A stretch of DNA of 64,000 nucleotides, from assembly GCA_964187785.1 (NCBI GenBank), contig OZ076415.1:48050001-48114000 (forward strand), written 5' to 3'. Below are positions 50,001 through 61,054 of this stretch, one piece after another (the stretch's first letter is position 1; every line of letters starts with the position of its first letter). The stretch is from Amphiscolops sp. MND2022 (lineage: Eukaryota). The position numbers and the translations under genes are program-made. The notes beneath the pieces are model-generated. The model searched no databases. It was given only the letters and a program-made list of their open reading frames with translations, and had not been told where the DNA came from.

Positions 50001-50705
50001 ACCGCTAATCAGCAATTTACCCGTACAGAATTTTTCAGCGATTTTATTAGCGACAACTAACAGATTGTCCAAATTCAAAATTTCCTCGGACAATCAACAG
50101 AGTTTCGAAATGAATTTCGGAAAATTCCAACTCTTACACTTGTAAAACTCAGACAGTACAAGAAATTCTAGTATTTTTCTGGCCAGATTTGAAAAAAGTT
50201 ATCATTGAATTTTGAAACATACTTGAATTCAAACACTTAATAGTTTGAAGAAAGACTTTTTCAGCGAAATAGCAATTTTGAAATTAGCAGGTTAACAATT
50301 AGCAATAAAATACCGGTCAAAACTCTGAATCTGACGTATCTTTTCTTCAGACTTCAGATTGAGATTAAGACACATGTTGATAGTGATACTTTTAAAGCAG
50401 ACTTTAACAGCCCTTATGTCCCTTCTGGCCGTGGGGTCTATTCGATTATTTTGAGACGAAGAGAGGGCTTAAAAAGAGGGCATATATTTCGACCACCCAA
50501 GTTACGCGGGACCCTGGTAGATAGGGACACCAAAAGGGTCTCCTCCAAAATATTCTTCAATACATCAAGTGTTGAATGAGTCCACTTTCGCAGAAATGCC
50601 TGACATTTTCAGAGTTGTGGTCGGGATAGATTTTACAAGGGCTAATTGAAAATCAATTTTAATTCTTCATCTTCTGACTCAATTTTTTGAAGTTTCAAAT
50701 GAATA

Positions 50706-50871
50706 CCGTCGACTTCGGCTACTGGCGGGACCGGCAAAAAATATTTGATTTAGCGAAATATTGGATTAAACGAAAACATGCTAGTATATTCTATACAGCC
50801 GGGGATTGAAAATTTTATTCGTTTACCCGAAATATTGGATTAGCCGATATTCGATTATCCGAAGTATACTG
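50706..50871. mobile_element. 166-bp Tc1/mariner(pogo)-type MITE
   Basis: TA|CCGTCGACTTCGGCTA ... TATCCGAAGTATACTG|TA: imperfect TIRs with TA on both sides. Confidence 0.55.
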
Positions 50872-52039
50872 TAGATCAATTTAATGACCCAAATCACTCA
50901 CATTTTGCAAAATTTGTCGTTTCTCAGATTATCACATGCTTCTTCTATCATTTACTTCTAGTCTGTAAGAGCCTAAAGTCAGAGCGGGAAAAATATTTAA
51001 CGGAAGAGTTTCATAAGTACCCAAATCTTCTTAAACTAAATAGGTTGATGAACTTGGGTTGCACCTCCAAACTATATAATTTATCTAAGTTTTGTAAACA
51101 AATTACCAACCACGTTCGCTGTAAAATGCAAACTTTGTAATTTGTAAGCCCGAGTTGGGCAACGAATACGAATTGAAATATTCATTCATTCATTCTTCGA
51201 ATATCGCTGCTGTAAATTTTCTCGAAAATAATTGCAAAGAAAACTGGATTTTCGAATTTTTTTTCGAATTCATTTAGAACTGCGAGCATGGTGATTGTAA
51301 TATAGAATACCTAAATGCTTGCACTTATTTCGCACCTTTAGTTAACGAAAACATTTCGACTGGGGCATTCACATTTTTCTACGAAAAAAACCAATGCGAC
51401 GAAAAAGGTTAACGAGGTTACTTAACCCTAATTGACCTGGGCGTTTTTGCAAATTTTCGAAAAATCTGATTAAAAATTTTGAATCATTAATATCTCCCCA
51501 AATACCCACACCAGATAAATGAATTATAGCGCGTTTGAAAGGTCTGGTATTGGACTTTCATTTTGATCAGGTGAGCCCCTGTCGCCGCGCAACCCGCTCT
51601 TCATTTTTGCGGTACCACTGGGCTTGTAGTAACAGCATATTATTGGGTTTTGTTGCGGAAGAGTATGGGGTTGGGGATGTTTGGAAAAGTATAACCATTT
51701 TTTGCAAGAAAAACCCATTATTCTGTTTCGGAGACATATCCACTAACTTCAATGCTGGTTCATTCAAATCAAACTCGGTGAATTTGTGGCAAAACCTGCT
51801 AGAGAATATGAGTCACTGGCAAAACGAATCCGACGTTGAAAAAAAGGTAGGCTGCTTTAAAGTATCGCTAGGTTAACTAGGGTTCAGTCAACACAGGATC
51901 GATCACCAAAATTCAGTCTACCTACTGTTACCAAGATATTTTGGTTGCGTAAAAAAGTTGAGCTAGTCGCGTTACAAAATTACAGCTCGGGTAGGTTATA
52001 TAGTGACTATCCGGGTTACTAAGTTTTCGGTTTCTTCCG

Positions 52040-54663
52040 ATAAATAGGTAGAGGAATATTGAGGAAATGGTATCAGATTACGATGTCTTCGGCTACGGAG
52101 CATTCGGTTATGAAGTGTATCGGCACTATGCGACGTTTTTCCAAGAAAACTTCCACCAAAAAGTCCGACTGATTTTTTTACATATTTTCTAATAAAGACG
52201 AATCCAGTGATTTTTCGATTTTTCAGTATTTTTGGAACTGAGACTGAAAAACAGTGATCAATTAATAATTAAACTTGCCAATTTGAGCATCTTTGAGCGC
52301 TTCTCGGTTTGTTATAGCGGCATAACAGCTAGAGGATAAATAGGAATATTAAGGAAATTGTATCAGATTACGATGTCTTCGGCTATGGAGCATTCGGTTA
52401 TAAAGTGTTTCGGCACTATGCGACGTTTTTCCAAGAAAACTTCCACCAAAAAGTCCGACTGATTTTTTTAAACATATTTTCTAATGAAGACGAATCCAGT
52501 GATTTTCGATTTTTCAGTATTTTTGGAACTGAGACTGAAAAACAGTGATCAATTAATAATTAAACTTGCCAATTTGAGCATCTTTGAGCGCTTCTCGGTT
52601 TGTTACAGCGGCATAACAGGTAGAGGATAAATAGGAATATTAAGGAAATTGTATCAGATTACGATGTCTTCGGCTATGGAGCATTCGGTTATGAAGTGTC
52701 TCGGCACTATGCGACGTTTTTCCAAGAAAACTTCCACCAAAAAGTCTGACTGATTTTTTTTACATATTTTCTAATGAAGACGAATCCAGTGATTTTTCGA
52801 TTTTTCAGTATTTTTGGAACTGAGACTGAAAAACAGTGATCAATTAACAATTAAACTTGCCAATTTGAGCATCTTTGAGCGCTTCTCGGTTTGTTATAGC
52901 GGCAAAACAGGTAGAGGATAAAAAGGAATATTAAGGAAATTGTATCAGATTACGATGTCTTCGGCTATGGAGCATTCGGTTATAAAGTGTTTCGGCACTA
53001 TGCGACGTTTTTCCAAGAAAACTTCCACCAAAAAGTCCGACTGATTTTTTTAAACATATTTTCTAATGAAGACGAATCCAGTGATATTTCGATTTTTCAG
53101 TATTTTTGGAACTGAGACTGAAAAACAGTGATCAATTAACAATTAAACTTGCCAATTCGAGCAGCTTTGAGCGCTTCTCGGTTTGTTATAGCGGCATAAC
53201 AGGTAAAGGATAAATAGGAATATTGAGGAAATTGTATCAGATTACGATGTCTTCGGCTATGGAGCATTCGGTTATAAAGTGTTTCGGCACTATGCGACGT
53301 TTTTCCAAGAAAACTTCCACCAAAAAGTCCGACTGATTTTTTTACATATTTTCTAATGATGAAGACGAATCCAGTGATTTTTCGGTATTTCAGTATTTTT
53401 GGAACTGAGACTGAAAAACAGTGATCAATTAATAATTAAACTTGCCAATTTGAGCATCTTTGAGCGCTTCTCGGTTTGTTACAGCGGCATAACAGGTAGA
53501 GGATAAATAGGAATATTAAGGAAATTGTATCAGATTACGATGTCTTCGGCTATGGAGCATTCGGCTATAAAGTGTTTCGGCACTATGTGACGTTTTTCCA
53601 AGAAAACTTCCACCAAAAAGTCCGACTGATTTTTTTTACATATTTTCTAATGAAGACGAATCCAGTGATTTTTCGATTTTTCAGTATTTTTGGAACTGAG
53701 ACTGAAAAACAGTGATCAATTAACAATTAAACTTGCCAAATTGAGCATCTTTGAGCGCTTCTCGGTTTGTTATAGCGGCATAACAGGTAGAGGATAAATA
53801 GGAATATTGAGGAAATTGTATCAGATTACGATGTCTTCGGCTATGGAGCATTCGGCTATAAAGTGTTTCGGCACTATGCGACGTTTTTCCAAGAAAACTT
53901 CCACCAAAAAGTCCGACTGATTTTTTTTACATATATTCTAATGAAGACGAATCCAGTGATTTTTCGATTTTTCAGTATTTTTGGAACTGAGACTGAAAAA
54001 CAGTGATCAATTAATAATTAAACTTGCCAATTTGAGCATCTTTGAGCGCTTCTCGGTTTGTTATAGCGGCATAACAGGTTAAGGATAAATAGGAATGTTG
54101 AGGAAATTGTATCAGATTACGATGTCTTCGGCTATGGAGCCTTCGGTTATAAAGTGTTTCGGCACTATGCGACGTTTTTCCAAGAAAACTTCCACCAAAA
54201 AGTCAGACTGATTTTTTTACATATTTTCTAATGAAGACGAATCCAGTGATTTTTCGATTTTTCAGTATTTTTGGAACTGAGACTGAAAAACATTGATCAA
54301 TTTATAATTGAACTTGCCAATTTGAGCATCTTTGAGCGCTTCTCGGTTTGTTATAGCAGCATAACAGGTAGAGGATAAATAGGTAGAGGAATATTGAGGA
54401 AATGGTATCAGATTACGATGTCTTCGGCTATGGAGCATTCGGTTATAAAGTGTTTCGGCACTATGCGACGTTTTTCCAAGAAAACTTCCACCAAAAAGTC
54501 AGATTGATTTTTTTACATCTTTTCTAATGAAGACGAATCCAGTGATTTTTCGATTTTTCAGTATTTTTGGAACTGAGACTGAAAAACAGTGATCAATTTA
54601 TAATTAAACTTGCCAATTTGAGCATCTTTGAGCGCTTCTCAGTTTGTTATAGCGGCATGACAG
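52040..54663. repeat. Minisatellite/satellite, 9 copies of a ~291-bp unit
   Basis: cgatgtcttcggc recurs at 52081, 52371, 52662, 52953, 53245, 53538, 53829, 54120 and 54416. Confidence 0.97.
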
Positions 54664-54975
54664 CCATCATTGCGAAGTTCAACAGAAAAAACTATTTGTA
54701 TCCAACTTGACTGTCGTTTTCGGTTCATTGAATACTCATGCAGCCATTGAAAAAAAATTAAGTAGATGTAGCATAGGATTACAGATTCCTGGAGAAGTTA
54801 GAGAATGAAGCGATAGGATGTTTTCATTAAAATGGAAGTGGTATTTAGAGAGACGGTATTTAGATAGACTTGTCCGAGCGGTATCTCTGGGGACATTTGG
54901 GGGATTCGAGGAAGTATTTATACTTTTTCCTGACCAAATGCCAACCCAATTTGCGTTGCTTTCAACATTCTATTA

Positions 54976-55137
54976 CAGTCGGACCTCGATTAACCGCACC
55001 TCTTGGGGAGTATTTCAATGATTACGTTGAAAGGAGTTTACGTTGTTTCGAATACTTTTTTGCTTGGTTTAGAAATCAAATTGCTTTATAACGAGAGTTA
55101 CGTTGTATCGATGGTTCGTTATATCGAGGTCCGATAC
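54976..55137. mobile_element. ~160-bp pogo/Tigger-like MITE
   Basis: TA|CAGTCGGACCTCGAT ... ATCGAGGTCCGA: 12-bp perfect TIR core with a degenerate right terminus. Confidence 0.6.
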
Positions 55138-55400
55138 TAATACAAATTTTTGCTCATACGCTCAAGTTAGATGGTTCAGTGAAGTTTGTTAGTCTCACGT
55201 CATCTTGCCACCGTAGATATCATTTTAGAATACCTGGTTAGACTGTTCATACTCGAGTGTTTGAAAAATCACAATTTGAAGTTTTTTTTTCAGAAAGGTA
55301 CTTTGCCCAGAAAAGAAAATAATTTTTTACATCTATAAAGGTAAACTCGATAGAAAACGCAGAATGAAAAAAATTCGACTGAAATTACTAGCTTTATATA

Positions 55401-55578
55401 CAGTTCAACTTCAGTATCACACACGTGCACTATAGTGTAACCTTCAGAATAACGCACATATTTTGTGCCCCCGTGTTTGGATTTCATCATTTGGTCTTTT
55501 TGGCTTATAACACACACTTCAGAGTAACATACTTGAGCGTTTTCTCCCAACGAGGTGTGTAGTACTGAAGTTAAACTG
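55401..55578. mobile_element. 178-bp Tc1/mariner-type MITE
   Basis: TA|CAGTTCAACTTCAGTA ... TACTGAAGTTAAACTG|TA: 15/16 TIR match with TA TSD. Confidence 0.75.
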
Positions 55579-58500
55579 TACCATTTTTCGAAAGGTCGAA
55601 AAAGCAGAGATCAAAACCTTTGAGATAAAATCTTTTGATCAAAATCATTTTCACAGATTCAGTGCATAATATTCTCAAGTGTGAATGGATTGAATTCAGA
55701 AGTATTCGATGATTTCGAGTTGGATTTTGAAACCACGCACTTTTTGAATTCTCACAAAACTGAACTTTACACATTAAGTTGACATTTTTCAATGATTAAA
55801 GAGTAAATTATGCAATTTCTCTAACAAGAACGGTCATAACGTTTAAATGACAAAACTCTTCACGATTGATTTGTATTACTTTCCATTGGTTGTCTCATTC
55901 ATTATCAACTATGAATTAAACCGAAGCGTCTGTTATGGCATACTACCAAGTGATCCACAAAAAACGGTACAACTAAATTTAACAAAGTTCACAACGTAGA
56001 CATTTCAAGGGTTTTCCGAAATTCGTTTAGTCACTTGTCAAACATACAGACCAACAGTTTCAAGAATAACATCAGACAGTTTGGCTGGTACTTTACAGTT
56101 GAACGTGGTAGAGCGCATGCTCTACCCTAACTCAACCGTAGTTGTTACTGGTTGTTAGTAAACACAACCATTGAAAAAAAGAATTCAGTAAAAGATCATT
56201 TGCCACATGGTCTAATAAAATTAAGAGTTGCATGAATTCGAGATAATCTACATCATTGTTTTCAAATTACTACACAGCCAGAGTTAGTGTTATCGAGCCC
56301 TTTAACATTGAATCAAACAACTGTCTTTCGACAACAGAGGTCACCAGAATTCTTAAAGAGCGGATGTCCTATTTCTGAAATTTTGCGTTTCCACGCGTTT
56401 TGCACTTTTGATTGACTGTTCAGTTCAGACTTACATTCTGTTTCAGGACGCATTTTGACGTTTTGTTTATTCACATTTGGTCCTCGATTTGAGCGAACAA
56501 AAAACGTGTACCGTTTTTGGGGGTCACCTAAAATCTTTGGCAAAATCAACTTCTCGAACTTAAAAACTGTACTAGCCTTATTAGTACTAAAAGGTACCTC
56601 CCACCAAAAACAAGCCGAGACTTTGTATTTCAGCAATGAAAAGAACATTTTCAACTGAAAATTTACCATAAGTGATCAACGTATTAAACGTTCACCATTC
56701 ACACACACCAAAAACATGGTGTCTGAGCCTAGTTCGTATGCAAAGCATATTCATGCACTAAAATGCGTGAACTAATTTCATGCAAAACTATTTTGTCTGA
56801 CGAAACTATGCTTTTGTTTCTCATTGCTCAAGTCATTCAATGGTGTTTGATGTCAAGTACCTGTTCAGAACCACTTTTCATCGAAGCATTTTGTAGTCAT
56901 AGCACAAAGCTTTTGGATACGTCAGACTCACTTGAATGCTCAAACCTAGATTTGATATGTGGTCCTTGAAAACGTGCCATTTTAATGTGTTCGTCACTAG
57001 AATAAAGCACAGTTGAAAGCGTTAATACTTTGAAGTTGTTGGAAATTAGCCATTGTTTTTTGCTGAATCAATTTTTTGGATGAAAAAGGAAAACAGATAA
57101 AGCTGTTGATGTACAAAAACTTCGAATGATGTACAAAAACTTCGAACATTAACTGTCAAATCCTCTTTGAGGATAATTTTCTTGTAATATTGTCAATATA
57201 CATTAAGTTATCAACAGAGTTAACGTTACTTTGACAAAGTCTTTTAGTAGTTACAGCCCACGTGGGATTATTTCAAATTTTGCACTCAACTGAGTTGAAC
57301 TGGGGTTGATATCATTATGAAGTCGGATTATGTAGGATCAAAAATCTAAAATCTAAACTGGTGAAAATTTTTTCAAGGTATTACACCTTACCTATTGTCC
57401 TAAAAGCAGGAGCAAAGCGACATGCCATTTCTTGCCCAGCGACTGGTTTAGATGAAGGCCAACCTGGAGGGGCGCAAGGCCAACTAATTTTGGTTTCCAA
57501 ATTTATATGGAAATTATCATTTTCGATCCTATATAATCCATTTTAAAATAATTCTACGCTGTAAAGAAGAAAAATTGGAAAGTCTCATGAGAAAGATTTC
57601 GCGAATCAAGTTTTTCTTTTTGGTAATTTCTCGGACCATAAGTCTAGATATATACTAGAGCTTCCGTATCATTTAACAACAAATCGAGATAATTCCTCAA
57701 TTAACTTGAGAAAATATTTTCACACAAATGAATTCTGATTTTTTTAACTCTGAACTTTTGACCAAGTTTTCTTTTCAATAAACTTCTCGCTTCTCAGTTA
57801 GGCCCAATCGACCTTAATGGCTTATATCTCTACAACTGCACACCAGAAAAATGAGGGCTAGTAGTAACTGCATATGTGAATTGGTTCCACAAGGCCTTGT
57901 GTAAGGGTACAGGGTTGCTGTTGATAGACTTTTGAGAAAATTAGGTTTTGCCAAGAAGGGCGTTTTATATTTTTTGCACGGAAAATCTAAATTTCTCAAC
58001 GTCAGAGAAAAGTTCACTTCTAACGCTTGTGCCGTTCAAACCCAATACGGTACCAACAAAATGAGAAAAACTGTGCTGAAGAATATGGGTTACTGACAAG
58101 AAGATTCAGAAGTTGAAAAAAGTCATATTGGTTTAAAACATTGGTAGGTTAATTAGGGTTTAGGAGGGATCATGGGAGTAAACACAGTAGCAACTAAAAT
58201 GTTTCATGAACTCCATAAAGGGCGAGTCGAATTTACTATTTGTTTGAATAGCGGCCTCAAAACCTTGTATAGCAGTATCAAGTAATAAGTCAGCGGAAAT
58301 ATCAGTAATCACGAGTCAATATTCAAACTGTACATGTATTCCAGCTTTCGCAAAAAAAAAACGGAAAACATTGAAATGTGCATTACTTCACTCATTGGAA
58401 AAACTCTTTGGCACTTATTTTTATAACTATCATGAATGCCGCCATTATTCAATGGAAGGCGAATATCCTTCGAATAAATATGGTATAGAACACATCGGTG

Positions 58501-59439
58501 TTCTGAAATAACTCATCTGATCGAATGTTTTGAAAAGTATTGCAAATATCAAAATTCATCAGCTAGAAAAAAGTTTCGGAATTTTTCGTAGTCGTGAAAA
58601 CAAAATTACACCACCTAGATATCACGAATTGTGATGATATCGAAATGAGATCAAAAATACTTTTTTCTGTCACAAAATAGCGTTTTCTTACCATATTTGC
58701 CCCTAAATAAGAATGTTGGTATCATAGTTCTAGAAATTTTTATAGAAATCAATCGAACTCCACTAATGTTTTCTGCATAGTCAATAATTTGATATTACAG
58801 TTGTAGACATTCGCATACACAGACAGTCCATCAAGCAGTCTGAGCTACATCGATTTGGACCGTACAATAAATGAGAGGGGGCTTGACGACTCATGGATGA
58901 ATAATGCATGTCGTGTCAATCAGTGTCACAATGTTCTGTGAAATGGCAGCAAATGTCAAAGATTCACTAAGCCATAAAATGTAAGGCAGCTTTTATTTTT
59001 GCTTTTTGTTTGCCTTGCGCATTTTTGAACTCAAGCCAGGTGAATAGAACACAATAAATTTGCCAATCAGTGAAATGCCTTCGGCTAAAATCGAAATATG
59101 ACGTAGATGAAATTCATTGTAGGGATATCGATTGTTCAAGTATTGTGACTAGAGGCACTATTTCGCGGAACAAATCCCATAAGATGTTCACATTCAAGAT
59201 CGGTCTTGATTGAGGAGTGAACAATCCCTGCATTTCAAAATGATGGACACTTACTCGGGGTAAAACAATGAAATTGAAACAATGCAACCTCTAACAGGTA
59301 GATTGCCATTTTAAAATTAGCAGAAATTAGCAATAGAGGCGAAACCATGCTTCGTTTACATTGGAGCGAGGTTATCTGATTGCAAGCTTACAGCGAGTTT
59401 AAGAGCTTCTAGCAGGGTTGGCAAAACGTGTTATCGAAA

Positions 59440-59690
59440 ACAAGCCGGGAACGGCCTAAGTCGGCGCCATATCTAAGGCTCAAAAATAGCAAAAGGACTT
59501 CAAAGTGTCAAGTACTTTCTTCTACAGACCTCAAAAAATCCTAATTAACCTCAATGCCAAGCGCCAGTAGCAGTTTCGTGTGAAAGTGTTAGTGGGAGCA
59601 AGCTTATAAAGATTATAAAATCTGTCACTTCGTTGGTCTTAAAATAAAAGTCACTGCTTTAGTCTGCGTTTTCTACGAAAAGCGTCGACT
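59440..59690 (-). mobile_element. Short (~250-bp) AGTCGGCGCC-family Helentron-like element
   Basis: acaagccgggaacggcctaAGTCGGCGCCatat at the left end. AGTCTGCGTTTTCTACGAAAAGCGTCGACT hairpin (59661-59690) followed by an A run at the right end. Confidence 0.7.
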
Positions 59691-61054
59691 AAAAAAACAC
59701 TCACTGTAATTTATCGAAAAACGTTATTTGTCAGAAACGTTATTTTCAATTGACAACCAAGCGATAATTACAAAATTAATTGTGCTAAACGAAAAGCCAA
59801 TTTTCCGACTTTTTACTCCGAGGTGTCTCTTCAACTTACAATAAGTTTCAAATCCGAGTGTCGAAAACGTGTTAGCCAGAGGACGAGAGAGTCGCGCTCG
59901 CAATAGTTCATGCCAGCGAAACTACATTTCAAATGAAACCTAGACATTCACGCGCTTTCCATGAAGCCTCTGCATATGTTATAACTAAAGAGAAAAAAAT
60001 CAAACATGTAAGAAATAACGTTGTTAGTTAAATTGCATGCTAAATAACCTTATCGTCCATTCAGAGTTAAAATCCTCGCGTGAAAAAAAATTGTAGCTCC
60101 TTAATTTTCGAGAACAGGGGAGTCCAACGAGATTTCCAAGGCATGATTGAATTGGGGTGTGACGTTTTCTGTTCCAACCCACAAGACTTCACAATGGCTT
60201 TACGGCATCATCGTGACAGTTTTCAGATGAGTTGGGATAAGCGCGTACAGTCGTACAACAACCGAAACAACAAAAACTTCTGGGCAGCAAAAATCAAAAT
60301 TTGGTATTGGAAAACAACGGCACTAAAAATAATCAATCGAAATAATCTATCAAAAAAAAACATCGGAGTTAGCTTGAGCGGGAAAATTTCCATTTTACAG
60401 ACATAAGATTTTCGTTGAATTTATTCGATGTTATTTCAAATAAGGGGAAAAGATGTGTATACGGGCCCACAATGAAGAAACTATGAAACTAATTCAGAGG
60501 CTTGCATTCTAATGTCCTAGAATTTTTCACAGGTTATAACATGGCTGAGTCCCTCATGAACAGAACACATAATTGAACAGTAATAAACAATGCAGTACTT
60601 ATATACAGCTGGAGTGACGAAGAATCTCATTTCTGGCGAAGTTGGAGTAAAAACCTTAACCTGGTACCTAAAAATTGTAATCATAGCAAAAATACAAAAT
60701 TGTCGTAGTTTGAATTAATTGAACTGAAGCCATCCTGAAAATTTCAAAACAGAGCTTCCACTCACATTCAGAACTGACATCTGCATTCTATTGAGAAAAT
60801 TACATAATATTTGTCATTTTAAATGCTAGCACCAAATGAAAGTGATAAAATCAAATTAATTAAGCAACTAATTACACAACAAAAAGCTGATTTATGGAAA
60901 TTCATATAATTTAAGCGGCTAATGAAACGAACCCTTCTTGGGACCCAGTGAACAAGTTGACACACCCTGAGCTGTTATCTGAACAATTTCCGTACAAAAG
61001 CATTCAACCAAACACTTCGATCATAGGGAATATGAACACATGTATGATGCCATA

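Noticed and set aside
51535-51876. 113-aa plus-strand ORF
   Set aside because: No recognisable homology and ambiguous splice signals.
57107-57146. 2x20-bp tandem duplication
   Set aside because: Ordinary slippage duplication with no further structure.
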